NCBI RefSeq assembly: GCF_009914755.1
Contig: NC_060942.1
Length of the DNA stretch: 64,000 bases
Source of the DNA: the human T2T-CHM13v2.0 reference genome, Homo sapiens
Direction: 5' to 3' (one strand)
Of the stretch, positions 14,337 through 27,239 are shown in pieces (the stretch's first letter is position 1; the number at the start of each line of letters is the position of its first letter). Under the pieces are notes generated by a model, which saw nothing but the letters and a program-made list of their open reading frames with translations, searched no databases and was not told the DNA's origin. A program made the position numbers and the translations under genes.

Positions 14337-14974
14337 TGGTCAGCATCACTTAGGCTTTGTCCTTGCTTCCTAAGGTGTCGGGGAGAGGAGAGGGAAGGGC
14401 AGAGGTGGGAGTTTGCTGATTCCCCTTCCTCCTTCCTGGGATGCTGGCAGGTGCTGCCCCTCTTGGGGCAGGCTGGGCCTCTTTGGGTAGCCCTTCCTCC
14501 ACAGCCAGCACCAGGCTTTTGGGAGCAACTTCCTGCCGTCACCCCTCAAGCTGTGTTCTAGCCACGGCTCCCACAGCTCCCTGTCTTCTGCAGTCTCACC
14601 GCCCCTGTTGGTTTCTGCTGCTTCCCACACCTGTGTGACTCTATTTTCCGCAAGCCCCAAATGCATCCTCCCCACCCTAAAGCCCTACCCATACTTCCCT
14701 CTTACGGAGAACCATTCACTATTCTTTCTTTGGCACAATTCTCTCCATTGACCAAGGCTCAGCTCCAGTCAAGCCTTCTCCATGAAACAGTCCCTGCCCA
14801 CAAACATGTCATGCTTCTCTGAACTCATGACAGTCACTTTTGTAACTCAACCAAGAACAGCCAGGTATCACCTGCTCCAGCCTTGCTAGCTACTTTGCAA
14901 TTGTGTTGTTAACTCTCACGTGTTCAACTTTGTGGCAAGATGGTGAATTCGGGAGACTAGAGTCTGCCTTCTCC

Positions 14975-15960
14975 TCACTCATGTGTTCACGGAGTTGTAA
15001 TTACTGAGTGCTGCTAGTGGCCCATGCTCCACAGGTCACTGGGATACAACCCCACATATGACCCTGTGGCTCATGCCCTGTGGGCTGTATATGCCAGTAG
15101 GGGAGACGGGCGCTGGACAGTCAGTCATAACGCACTGAGATGAACATTCCGATAGGATATGAAAGCACTGAAGATGAGACCCTAACTTAGTCTGAGGAAA
15201 AAATACAGACGAGACCTGAGGGATGAGGCGAAATCAGCCAGGAATAAAAGCGGGAGACGAAACTTTCCCACAGATGTACCAACACATGTGAAGGCCAACC
15301 GGGTGCATGGGAAGATCTGGGGGTTTCTGAGGAGCTGAGAACAGGAGAGAGGGCTGTAGCCAAGTCAAAGAGGAAGCCCGGTGAAGATGGGGGTGGAAGG
15401 AGACCAGAGGTGGTCAGGGGAGCCTTGCAATCACGGTGCTGGGAGAGTGTTAGGAACCCCCAGAGAGGTGTGCAAGGGAGGGAACAGGTGGTGGTTCCAT
15501 TAGAAGGGCAGGTTGGGCTGCACTGTGGAAAATAGAATTTGTGTGGCTGGGGGGATGGGGAAGCCCATGTGATGTCTTCCAAAGCATAACTGAGATGGCG
15601 ACGATGATGGGAACTCGGCTGACGCTGGGAAGGTTGAAGCAACAGGGATAGACGAGAGATGTGTATAAGGAAGAAGAAACAGGACTGCTTCTGAGAGCAG
15701 GGCTGACCTGGAGGGCAAGGGAGAGGGAGTTTCAGAACAGATTCCAAGCAACTAGGTGGAAGTGCTATACAGTGAGCTATGGAACCCTGGAGAAGAACAC
15801 TGCAGGAAGAAGTGGTTAGTTCAGTTTTTGGACATGTTGAATTTGTGGTGCCTGTGAGACTTCCAGGTGTAGGTAACCAGCAGGCAGATGGATAAATGCA
15901 CCTGAAGCTTGGTAGAGAGGTCAGAACTCTAATTTTTTAGCATAGATTAGATGATGAGGG
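14975..15960 (-). mobile_element. L2 LINE fragment
   Basis: Purine-rich antisense L2 motifs, e.g. 'agttcagtttttggacatgttgaatttgtggtgcctgtgagacttccaggtg'. Confidence 0.75.
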
Positions 15961-16496
15961 AAATGTCACTGTATTAACAGCTGTCCCCATAAGGTTCCTA
16001 AGAAGGGCATGGTTTATTTAGAAAGAATTCCTTGACAGGCCCCGTGGGTTACAGGCTTGAACTGGAGGGCTCTGGCTGGGGCAGCCCCACTCTGTGTACA
16101 GCGGAGGAGGGGGCAGCACTTCTCAGGCCCTTGCCCAGAAGATGACCCCTCCCAAGTTCCCCAGTGCTGAATGCTAAGTTCTACCAGAAGTTTAAGAAGA
16201 TGCTCATCAAGAGCAGTGCCTCTTACCAGATTGTGTTTGGCTGGACTGAGGCATCAGAGGAGGATGGCCGGAGGGAAGCACGAAGGAGGACAGGGGATTT
16301 GCAGAAATCTTGGGGTGGGCTCTGGACTCACAGGCCCTGTGAACCTGGGTCACAGTTTGAAAGTCTCTGAGGGACCAGACAGACTCAGCTTATCTTTGAG
16401 CCCCCACCCTGTGCCAGGCCCTTCTGTTGGTGCTGAGGATAAAGAAATGAGCATAATGGACAGCTTCCCTGCCCTCGAGGCACGGACTCAACTGGA

Positions 16497-17052
16497 AGCT
16501 GTGTTTATTGCTGCATAACAAGCTACCAAAATCTCAGCAGCTTCAAACAGAACCCATGTATTCTGTACAGTCTTGGTGGTCAGGAGCCCAGGCACTGGTT
16601 AGCTGTGTTCTCTGCGCAGCATCTCACAAGGCCGGAATCAAAGTGTTAGCCAGGCTGCATTCTCCTCTGGAGCTCTGGGAACTCTTCTGAGCTCACTCAG
16701 ATTGTCAGAAGAATTCAGTTCCTTGAAGTTGCCGGTCCCCTGAGGTTCCCATTTACTTGCTGGCTGTCAGCCAAAGGTCGCTCTCAGCTCTTAGGTCTGA
16801 GCCATGTGGCCCTCACATAATGTGGCATTGTACTTCTTAAAACTTTGCAGGAGAATCTCTTTCCAGTCTGCTACCCCAGGACCTCATATAATATAACGCG
16901 ATCATGGGAGGCCCTGCCCATAGCCTCCGTCAGATAACATAACCCACGTCAAGGAGCCACCATTCCACTGTATTCACCCAACCTGTTTGTGCTCCAGGGT
17001 GTGCAGCAGGAGACAGTGATCTGCGGGGCCAGTTTAGGATTCTGCTTCCCAC
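16497..17052 (-). mobile_element. MLT1 (MLT1E-like) MaLR solo LTR, within L2 remnants (about 16400-17650)
   Basis: 'attgctgcataacaagctaccaaaatctcagcagctt...agaattcagttcctt...ttaggattctgcttcccaca'. Confidence 0.8.
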
Positions 17053-17651
17053 AGAAGGCTAAAGACAGCAAATGAATGATCAACAAATAAATAGGATTTC
17101 AAGTGGTGTAAAGGGCTGTGACGCAAATAAAGGAAGGAGAGGGGAAAGAGTCACGGAAGGGGCAACTTGGAGGAGGCAACATCTGAGCAGATGCCTGATC
17201 ACACTGAGAAAGTAAGTGTATGTGGATAGCAGAGCAGAGTCTTCCGGGAAGGATAAAAAATGCAAAATCCTTGAAGAGAAGTGAGCTTGACCTTCCTTAT
17301 GAATAGTACCTGGGGCTGAGGGTACCACCACTGGGAGCACACACGGAAGCTCAGAAAGCCTCTGTGGCCAGAGAAGCTCCAGAATCTGAGGGATGGGGAG
17401 AGGAGTCGGAGGGATGAAAACCCCAAGCCTCAGCCCAGAGGATCAGGGACGTGTGCTGCAGGGTCTGGAGGCAAAGGGAGGGGGTGGTGGAGGAGAAGGG
17501 GGTGGGAGGAGGTGCCAGCTGCATCACTGGAGAGCAGAAGACTACTAAGACTGGGGAGGTGCTCATCCGACTCAGCAACATTCAAGGCTTCAGGGCTCTT
17601 CCCAGTAGCATCAGCAGGGTGGCAGAGCAAGCTGAAGAATGGGTCTAATAT

Positions 17652-18308
17652 GGGCGATTCTTCTAACTTGTGAATTCATACTTGCAAATTCACTTACTTG
17701 ATAAAATTTATTTTTGATCTCGAAACAAATACAGCACTATTACAGTCATTCACATACACTTGCAGAGAGGTGGGAAATTTGAGTCACCCAACATGCATGT
17801 CCCAACCTGAGGTCAGACAGGACAAAGCTCTGCCTTCTTAGTTTCAGCCCAGACTGCACAAAACGTCATTTTTGAGGTCTAAGTAGTGTCATGGTTTTCA
17901 GATTTTGTGCCTTTTCTTGGTGATTTCCCTGTTTGAAATGGCCACCAGGTGTAGGGCTGCAGTGCTATCTAGAGTTCCCAGGTGTAGGGAGGCAGTGGCA
18001 CACCTTACTGACAAAATCTGTGTCAGATTAGCTTTGTAGGCATGAGTTACAATGCCGCTGGCTGTGAGTTCAATGTTCCTGAATCAACAATAGATATTAA
18101 ATAAGGTAACTTTGAACAGAAGCACACTTAAAACAAGGCTATATGTCGATTGGTTGAAGACATGCGTGACCAGAGGCTCCCAGGAGCCTGGCTCTGTGTT
18201 TCCTCTAGGAGCCAAGGTTCCATATTCTCTAGCTCAGTGTCAGAGGTGACTTTGTAGAATGCTGTATAGACTTTACAGAGCTACCAGGAATAATGGATAT
18301 CAACTCTA
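17652..18308 (+). mobile_element. MER82-like TcMar-Tigger non-autonomous DNA transposon
   Basis: About 650 bp colinear with the recalled consensus ('aaatttgagtcacccaacatgcatgtcccaacctgagg', 'gtgagttcaatgttcctgaatcaacaata', 'gaccagaggctcccaggagcc'); degenerate TIRs. Confidence 0.8.
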
Positions 18309-18477
18309 TTTCATGTGTCCCCTTATATTGTCTAATAAGTTTCACATGTTGATGTTTAAAAACTAGTTTTCACCAAGTCATGGAAGTATGAAAAAACGTT
18401 GGCTTCCATGTGTTTTCTCTGGGCTATCACAGTCTTGGGTGATGCTGAATGGAAATTGAAAACGGAAGAGAAGGGAG

Positions 18478-18705
18478 GATGGTGTATTGTAGCAGAGTGC
18501 TGGGCCTGATGACCGGGTTTCAAATCCCCACTGTCACTTGCTCTGTTTGGTCTGTGGCAGGTTAGCTAACCTCTCTGTGACTCGGTTCCCTTGTCTGTAA
18601 CACAGGGAGGTGGTAGCACCTACATCTCAGCCTGGGTGAGGCTCAGGAGATGACAGGCACGTGTGCACTCAGTGCCTGGCGTGTAGTGAGCGTTAATAAA
18701 AGCAA
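18478..18705 (+). mobile_element. MIR SINE
   Basis: 'gggtttcaaatcccc...aacctctctgtgactcggttcccttgtctgtaa...cagtgcctggcgtgtagtgagcgttaataaa'. Confidence 0.8.
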
Positions 18706-19578
18706 GTGCCGTGCAGAGCAGGTCTTCAGAAGGAGAAAGGGATGGGGTCAGCGGAGAAGGGAAAGGCAGTCTCTGGCTTTCTTTAGAGGAACAATTCAGT
18801 TTAACTGTAGAGGAAGGAGATGGATCCTCAGAGCAGATGCTCGTTGCAGGATGAGGAACACATAATTAGCTTGTGCTTTGCCTTTGCTGTATCTCCTAGG
18901 AATCAGGCAACTGCCAGGCAGATGGGGATGGAGGAACTCTTAAACTTACTTTCAAAATAGTTGTTAAAAAAAAATCACCTCCCCTGGCCTCACTTTCAAT
19001 AAAGGATCTTGGGCTTCTCGCTTTCTAAGCCTTGAATACTGTTTCTTACCTGGAAACATTATCTTACTTAGGAACTAGGAACCATCAACTTTATATTGAT
19101 CTATTGCCAATAGAGAAAATGAGGGGCATCATTTCTTTCCATATTGACCACCAGCTCTCCTCAAATAAAATAATTTTGTTCTGCAGTTGACTATGTGCTC
19201 AGCATATAATCAGGATTTTTCCTTTTAAAGAATAACTATAATATGATCAAAGATTGACAAAAAAACTTTTGTTTTACTGGCTCCTTCCTTGTGGAAATGT
19301 AATTTAATGGGAGCAACACAAATCTTTAGTAGAGATGTTTAGCCAATACTACTACAGTATTAAAAAAAGCATTTTCTTTTTATGTTGTCTGGGATCCTTT
19401 GTTGATCTAATTTCAGAAAACCCCTGAACCATAGCTTACCTCTCCTACTGAAATGGCTAAGCTTTCAGAATCTACAGAGGTTAAAACCAGTTGTTATAAA
19501 TGACTGAATCTCTATCCCCTTCACTCCATTTACCAAAATGATTCTAGCAATGTTATTAAAACATTAGCAGTATAGTCT

Positions 19579-19765
19579 CAGTACTTATCAAGCTTAGCTT
19601 GCTTAAGAATCACCTGGAGAGTTTGTTAAAACAAAGCTACCTGATCTCCACAGGCAGAAATTCTAATTCAGGAGGCCTAAGAGGGCCCGAGAACGCGCAT
19701 TTCTAACAAGCTGGTGGGTGTTGCCGATGCTGCTGGTCGGGCATTTAAAGTAGCAGCGCCCTAGG
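19579..19765. mobile_element. MER5A-type hAT-Charlie MITE
   Basis: 'agaatcacctggagagtttgttaaaa...gcatttctaacaagct...gatgctgctggtc'. Confidence 0.8.
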
Positions 19766-19994
19766 GCCTGTGCTCTCAGTGGGGAGCAGCCACATCTGCC
19801 TCTTTCACTGTCACATCCCCTAGTGCCTACTGCTGTCTGGCTCGTATAGAAGCCCCATGGATTCCTGTGCAAAGGCTAAAAAAGAAATAATTTGAACAGC
19901 AAGCTTGTGATGAAATCAGTCAAGAAGCCTAGGCCAGTGGAAGAGCCAACTACCACTTATTGTTTCTATTTCATGAGTCTATTCTCTGCTTTAT

Positions 19995-20072
19995 TGTGTG
20001 CGTGAGTGTGAGTCCATGTGTGTATGCATGTGTGAGTGTGCGAGTGTGTGCACACACGTGTGTATGTACACA
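19995..20072. repeat. Degenerate (TG)n/(RY)n tract
   Basis: tgtgtgcgtgagtgtgag...gtgtgcacacacgtgtgtatgtacaca. Confidence 0.85.
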
Positions 20073-21489
20073 AAGACTAGTAGAGTTGGCAGAGTTAGTG
20101 AGGCAGAAATTGGATGTTGGCAACCTTAGCAATCACTAAATCACTGATTTTGCTGTTTTTTCTCTTTTATTTTTCAAGTCATTTGGGGGCTTTTCTACAG
20201 TAAACACAGTTATAAGGTTTCAAATCTCAGTGCCTGACTTGTTAATTCATAATTTTCCATAATCAGCACTTTCCTAAGAATAACGTTTGCAGGCTTCATG
20301 CATGTAGTTGGGAGATAATTTGCATATTGAATTTTTGCTGTTTAATAGACTTGGGCCCTGAAGGAATACTATAGGGCCTATCTTAAGGCAGGAAGTGGGG
20401 AACTAGATGTGATGCGTACAAAACAGCATGGTAAACTGGCTTAAAGCCAGAAAATTTACTTGCCAGTGGGAAGAAGCTGGTTTCCTTTCAAGACAGCTTT
20501 GGATAAAATGTCTTTTCTAAATGTCTCATCTGGTTATAAAGTGAGACTACAGAGAAATCCATTTCCCCTAAGCACTGTGTATATTGTAAATGTAGCATTG
20601 GAAAGAATCTTGCAAATGAATTGGGAAGGAAATTTTGGGGGAAGATAAGGTCATTGGGTGGAGACAACCTAATGCATGTTTCTATCCTCCGTCCAAGGCT
20701 CCAACATCAGACTTGGGTCAGTCGCGGCCGTGCATTTCCACTTTTATCAGCGTAACTGTGGAATTCCTAGTTTGGCATTTCTTGTATGGTATGGATATCT
20801 TGGCTGCTTAAGGGATGTATTTTGTATTATAAAATACAAATCCTGTCAAAGCACTGCCAAGAACAAAAGCAGTTTTCATGTAACTAGTTCAAGAGGCTCC
20901 TTGGGAGCACAGACACTAATCCCACCGTTGAAGACCCACAGACCCCACTCACTGGGAAGCAGCTGGTCCAGCGTAGCCATCACTGCTTATTTTACAGATG
21001 AGCTGCCCCAGGTCTCTTAGGTCATGTCTACACTAAAGGCAAGTTTTCAACCTTGCTTGAAGAATTTGGTGAAGATGGCGCCTCCCTCTCCCAACTCCTT
21101 TATGGCCTTTTGGAATGTGTACTGGAAAGTCATGAAGGTGATAAGAATACTTCCGTGACTGAAAGTTAGCTTTGAACTAAAGAGACTTTTGCATTTGAAT
21201 CCCTGCTCCTCTGCTTACTAGCTGAGCAGTTTTCTCATTAGAAACTGAATCAGTGCTCTGTGTTGCAAAGAGTACTCATGCAGTTGAAATTTATTTAAAT
21301 TTATTATTTATTGTAAGGATTCTGATATTCCTCATGAAACCAAAATACAGGATGCTACCAAGTCTCAGAAAAGAATGGAAGCGGGGCTGGGCTCTTGTTG
21401 AGGCCGTAGCTATGCCTTTCATCCCTGTCTCATTCTGCCTATCTCCTCTCCTCGATCTCTGCAGACCGTCTTCTTTACTCCTTTGGTTC

Positions 21490-21700
21490 GCCTAACAGAT
21501 GACACAACAGCTAACTGCTCCCAAGCTTCATGCATTTTGGTCCAGACACCCAAAGGGAGACTGACTTGGCTTTCTTGGGACAAGCCCAACACGTTTCTGG
21601 GAAGGACCCACTGGCCCAGGTTTGGTCAGTTTCCCACTTGCTCTGACCAACTGTAGCTGGTGTCTGGCTACATTGCAATATGGCTACTTCTATTGCAAAC
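21490..21700 (-). mobile_element. Old MLT1 (J/K/L-like) LTR fragment
   Basis: 'ggaaggacccactggcccaggtttggtcagtttcccacttgctctgaccaactgtagc' resembles old MaLR LTRs. Confidence 0.55.
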
Positions 21701-22329
21701 GTGTGTGTTTGAGGTGCGGGGAAGGGTTTGCCAAGAGGCAATTCCTGATCATGAGGTCCTGGGTAAACTGTGTCATAGGCACCATGTTGTGAGTGTTTGA
21801 TGAGATTACACAGTGTCAGACGTTCAAAAAAAGGCCTTAATGAATCGTGTCCATTGTTAATAAGACCAGAATAAAGGGAAGGAGAAGAGATCAATAACCA
21901 CAAATAATACAGCCAAACTTCCAATTTTAAAACTTGCAGACATGTATCTTTAAGCTTTAACTTTATCTTTATCTTTACTGTATCTTTAGTGTTTAACTTT
22001 ATGATTTTGACCTATCTCACTTACAGAAAAGTTACAGAGGTAGATGTTGAGGTTTGCTGAAAATTAAATATTTTTCAGAGATTACCCAATCACATTGTTA
22101 ATAAATTTGCTGACTGTGTCCATATGTAACAGTTTGTGGCTGAAATGTTCATTGATTAGACACAAGCCAGGGCTGAATTGGTAGCTTAGATTCCATTCTT
22201 CCTAAGCATCTTTCCTATTTTCTCTTCTCCTTTTCATCTACCTCTCCTGCCTGGCAATGGACAGCCCTATGAGAATAGTCTTCGTTGTTTAAGGTAGTCC
22301 AAGGACATCTAACTAGGAATAATGGGATG

Positions 22330-22460
22330 GAATTCAGCAAGGGACAATTTATGCTGAATTATAAGAGAAATTTCCTAACAGTGAGATCTATTAGACTAGA
22401 GAATAGGCTCCCGAGGGAAGTAAGCACCATTGCCAGAGTCATTTAGACTCTGGCTCAAGT
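22330..22460 (+). mobile_element. L3/CR1 3' fragment
   Basis: 'tataagagaaatttcctaacagtgagatctattagactagagaataggctcccgagggaagt' resembles the CR1 ORF2 C-terminal end. Confidence 0.6.
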
Positions 22461-23330
22461 CCATAAGTAAAAATAAATTTGGTTGTCTCATTTTATTCTC
22501 CATTTGTGTGGACTCTGCAGCACCACTGAAAAGTTAGACAGAAGCGACATCAAATAATTGACTTAAGGGAGATCCAGCAAACTTGGAAAGTATTTTGCCC
22601 TCATTTTCTGAAATACTATTTTTATTGTTGTAACTTTCATGAAGTCCCACCACCTAAATTTAGGTAATTTCAGCAGATGTTTCAGAATGTCTCAACCATG
22701 TGGGCTGCATGACTCCATTTTTCCAGAGTGCACCACTTCAAATGGCATCTGAAGGTCAATTCACAAGTTAACCAACCTGGGGTGCAGGGGTCTTGGATGC
22801 AGAGATCGGAACCTGGGTTGTGACAGCCCACCAGAAGCAGTGCCCCTCTGAAGGCATGGTCTGAGCCCTCAGCTGATGTCTGCGAGCATCATGAAGACTT
22901 CTCCCTTCATCTCTTTAAAATTGATGCGGACCACGCACCCACATTTTTGGTTCAAAATATTGTCATAAATTATCATCCAGATGATCATTTCTAATGAAGT
23001 GACACATACTCTTTCTTCAGCATTTGAACGTGGTGGAAAATATTTTCAGAGTCTTTGTATTACAAAAGCTCCTAGATAATTTGAGGTAGTCTAGTCTACC
23101 AGGTAACCAATGAAATTTACTGGGTTCCCAAAAGGCAAAATAATTTATCAGCACAAATAAATGAAAAAGAAATTTGCATTATTCAGGAGTTGGGGACCAT
23201 GGAAAAATATTCGAAGCCTTCCAAACTTTTAACAAATGTTTACCTAGCAAGGCAAAATATGCCCATATCAACAAACTCCTAAGTACTGGAAAATTGCTTC
23301 TGTAAAGTGTTCACTTTTTTTGTGTCTTAG

Positions 23331-23464
23331 GATTCCTGGAAGTGTTAGACACACAGAAAGGGGGAGAAAGTCCATCAACTACCTCTTTCATTCCACAACA
23401 GTTCTTAATCCAGCAGAAAGCCATCAGAATTCCGCTCCCGATATGTGTTTTCATTGGCTAGCAT
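23331..23464 (+). other. Candidate spliced exon (probably non-coding)
   Basis: Acceptor 'cactttttttgtgtcttag|' and donor 'CAT|gtgagt'; 134 nt; non-repetitive. Motif evidence only. Confidence 0.3.
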
Positions 23465-23569
23465 GTGAGTTTGCACACATGGGGCAGGAGGCAAGGTAAT
23501 ACCTCTCTCTTAATCAAGACAAGCATATTTCTCTCAAGTAAGCTTCCTTGTTCATGTCACATCTTTGTC

Positions 23570-23830
23570 AAATTATCAGGAGCGGGCTCTGTCTTGTTGC
23601 TCCACTGGACCAAGAGAGGCCCTGGTGACATGATCCCCCATTTCCAACCAGCGCATCTGCATTCTGGCAGCTGGAAACAGGAACAACTAGAAGGTTAGAT
23701 GTGTGGCTTCTGTTCATTTCCATTGCTCAGAAGTTTTGCATATGGCCGCACCTGGTCAAAGGCAGGCTGGTAGAAAAACTTTTATTCTGGATAACCATGT
23801 GCCCAGCTAGATATTTAATTACTATAAACT
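23570..23830 (-). mobile_element. Old MLT1 (J-like) LTR fragment
   Basis: 'cttctgttcatttccattgctcagaag...tatggccgcacct...aaaggcaggctgg...ccatgtgcccagcta'. Confidence 0.6.
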
Positions 23831-24264
23831 AAAGGGACATTTACAAGGTAGAAAATATTTTCCACCATCTTTAAATGTTGGAGAGAAGTATGTGTCTTAT
23901 AAAAACCAGGTGAAAATGACACCTTCCACAGGGCTCTGGAGACACTGTTCTGTTGTTTATGTTCTCTGGAGCCTCAGTGGTAGGGTGGCTGGAGCTACAC
24001 ATATCGTATTTTTAATATAACTTAGTGGGGCGTGGAGCTTTTTCTCGGTGAGGGCACAAGGGTATTCATTCATTAATTGCCACTATTTCTAAGATGGCAT
24101 AAAAGGGTTCTACACCAGAAAACTGGAGCCCTTCCTGTTCGTGAATTGCCGGACCCATTGTTTTCAGTGTTTTATAATTTTATTCCCAGATAAAAATGTG
24201 TTCTCCAGTTTCACAGCCATTTGGTTCCAGCTTTCCTTCCCTTATTTTATCACTTCTGTTTCAG

Positions 24265-24467
24265 GAGAGGGAGCTGAGATTTAACCAAGGAAGTACAAAT
24301 ATAATAGGAAGTACAAATCTGGCTTTCTAATAGTGGGTCTGCAGCTGCCGGAACTGTAAATACATCTGTTTTTGTGCTGGTTGGAACAACAAAGTATCCA
24401 TTATGATGATTTGACATAAATTCTAGCATCTCCTTCTGGGGATGGCAGATCATTTACAAATACTCAG
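24265..24467 (+). other. Candidate spliced exon (probably non-coding)
   Basis: Long pyrimidine tract 'ctttccttcccttattttatcacttctgtttcag|' and donor 'CAG|gtatct'; 203 nt. Motif evidence only. Confidence 0.3.
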
Positions 24468-24989
24468 GTATCTGATGTTACAAATTTGCTAGGCTCCAGT
24501 TAAATAAAACAGCACTTAAAAATATAGTTTTTAACATATTTTTTGTTTAAACAAGCATATAAAAGTCAAAAATATCTTAATTACAGGGGCAAATAGTAGG
24601 TGTACTGGAGACACGGGTTATGAAGGACTCACTGCAAAACACCCAGCATTATTTCCTAATAATCACATAGTAACTGCCTGGCAATTCCGTTAAGCACAGT
24701 GGTAACTGTGGAGTCAGTTGCACATTGGACAACATGATAAGTCGCTTGAGCCTCTGCAGCAAAGTCTCCCCACAAAAGGAATGCCCCCTCAAGTGTGTTA
24801 GCGACAGAAGAACAAGCAAGAGGAAATGAAGGGCTACACTAAAACCCAAAGCAGCCTCATACACGTGCTTGATGGTGCTCATGAACAAATATTTTTTTGT
24901 TTTTCATTTTGGAGAAATATAGATGAATAATGCTGCATGGGAAAAATACGTTCCCAGGAGACTGTATTTAAGAGACCCTTATTCAACAT

Positions 24990-25195
24990 GTCAGAGTGGA
25001 GAGCTCATGAGTGTGGAATCATATACAACCAGACTCAGATCCCACTCCACTCACCAGCTCTGCGAGTGCCATTGCCCTGCAGAGCCTTGGCAAATGGGGT
25101 TAATAACACCTAGGGCTGCTATTAAGATCGACAGAGTAACAAATGTGAAGTACCTGCCACAGGACGATTATTTGATAATAATTAATAAAAATTAA
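24990..25195 (+). mobile_element. MIR SINE
   Basis: 'cagatcccactccactcaccagctctg...aaatggggttaataacacctagggctgctattaagat'. Confidence 0.65.
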
Positions 25196-25329
25196 TTTTG
25201 CTTCCTAGTTTTGTCTGACTTAAAGGGTGAATCCCACAACTAACATCAAGGTTTCTGCAATTTCCTAGTCAAATTCTGGACGAATGTAGAAGCAGTTTTG
25301 CTTAGTTTTGAGCCACATGAAATTACTTA

Positions 25330-25410
25330 GATTTATTCATTCATTTGTTCATTCATTCATTCAACAAATATTCACTGTATTCTAGTACCTGCAAATGTAT
25401 CCTATGTTTT
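25330..25410 (-). mobile_element. L2 3' terminus
   Basis: (ttca)n tail followed by 'acaaatattcactgtattcta'. Confidence 0.7.
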
Positions 25411-25967
25411 GCAGGCAACTAGTTAATATTAAACAGTAGTATCTTTAATTCTTACTGCCAGGGAATTGTCCAAGGGTGTTCCATAAGAATCGTTATGGTT
25501 TTTCCCAATCAGACATTAAGCAGGAATTAATTCTTCCCACAAAAAGGGGTTTAAAATGTGACTCCCATTACCACAATACACTGATTCTGGGAGAAAAAAG
25601 TCAGGAAACAGAAGGCAGAATCAAACATGGAGAGGGAAAGATGCTGGGCCAAGCGAATGGAGGCTCGGGAAGGAGGGTCTGCTGAGACGCCCTCACAGGG
25701 AGTGCAGCAAAGTCTGCACATGCAAAGGCCACGTGCTCTCCAGGTGGCCAGATGAAGCAGAGACCCAAGGCTGGAACTGGGACTGGTGGGGCCCTAAAGG
25801 CGCAGGCTAAAGTGGGAGAACTGAAGGATTCTGGCTGGGATGAGAAAAGTTATCATGGTCTTAGCTGCCCTGGTTTAGGATGCTCATGGTTATTTCGTGG
25901 GGAGAGTCATACTGCAATTCCACTGGATGGTTTCATGGCTTGTGAGATATAATTATAGTGTATATGT

Positions 25968-25970
<3 letters not shown>

Positions 25971-26047
<77 letters not shown>
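25971..26047. repeat. (TA)n microsatellite with central 'cacg' interruption
   Basis: About 19 AT units, then 'acacgt', then about 17 AT units. Confidence 0.97.
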
Positions 26048-26052
<5 letters not shown>

Positions 26053-26499
26053 GTATGAAGAATACATACGATTCTAATTCCACAAAGGGTCTTCAGTTAT
26101 TCTTAATAAATCCTTTTGCTATTTTGGAAGGAAAAAGTTAAGAAAGCCCTCCCAGGTGGGAGAACTAAAACAGCAGCTCCTGGGAAGCCTCTGCCTTCAC
26201 TGGGACAGTGGCCATCAGAGTGTGCTCTCTGCAGTGAGGACAGTGTGTTAGCCACCGTGGGCTCCATGTGGCAGAAAACAGGAGCTCTGCCCCCATGCAG
26301 CTGAGAGTCTCACAGGGAGATGCACGCGCATCAGTCTCTAAGATACTGACAAGGATTTGTCATCTTCTCCTCCCACAATTCTCCTCTCAGCATGGAACCC
26401 TGGTCAGTGCCACCATCAGCCTCGTAATTGTTCCAGGCTGGACTGTGGATGTCCCCATTGGACTGGGCTTGACGCGTCTTCCCTCGTAATTAAGTAAAC

Positions 26500-27220
26500 A
26501 CCAAGTCTGGTTGTTTTGGCCTTGCTAATCTCTTGCACATCTCTCTGCATTTTCATTGCTACATTCTCAGTTCAGGAAGAAATACAATCCCACATCTGGG
26601 TGACTCTCACGGTCTTCCTGCCTTCTGTCTCAGCCAACTCCAACTACTGATCCAGGCTCACCTTAGCTTAGGTATCTGACCTCTGAGCTTGCCATTGAAG
26701 CCTTTGCTGTCCAGGCTCCTGACAAGTGAACCTGCCATTCCATACCAGTCTCTATTTCTCTTTCTCTCACTCTTGCTCTCTCTCTCTCTGTCTCTCTCTC
26801 TCTCCGCCCCCCCCCTCCTCTAGGTCTTGATACAAGCAGTTACCTCCCAGATAATTCCAATCAATTTTTTAGTTCTCCTCTTACAAGCTGCCTTTTCTGG
26901 GATTCTCCTGGACAATTTACCTTCCGGATAATTCCAATCATATTTTAGTTCTCCTCTTACAAGTTGCCTTTTGTGGGATGTTCCTGGACCCCTCCATTTG
27001 GTTGGGCCCCTCCTACGTGTAGCCCCGTGGTATTTCTTGTTCACCCTATCTCTGCCCCAGCAATCTCTGGTGCACTCATTTGTTTACACAGATGCTCTCT
27101 TCAGCTAGACTGGATGCTCCTGGAGTCCAGCGCTGTGGTCTTGACTCCCTGTTTCCTACCACCTGGCACAGGCCTTGCCAAAAGTTGAAGGTAGCTGAAT
27201 GACTTAATGAGCAAGTGAAG
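26500..27220 (+). mobile_element. L2 fragments, including a (TC)n/poly-C tract near 26755-26820
   Basis: 3' L2 motifs 'ctagactggatgctcctggagtccag...cacctggcacaggccttg...ctgaatgacttaatga'. Confidence 0.6.
26840..26989. repeat. Tandem duplication, 77-bp unit x2
   Basis: 'tacctcccagataattccaatca...cctggac' at 26841 and 'taccttccggataattccaatca...cctggac' at 26918. Confidence 0.95.
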
Positions 27221-27239
27221 AATTGGCCATGCCCTGGGA

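Noticed and set aside
15187-15747. Longest ORF (186 aa, minus strand)
   Set aside because: Lies in a degenerate L2, is Pro/Ser/Leu-biased, has a non-ATG start and no recognisable domain.
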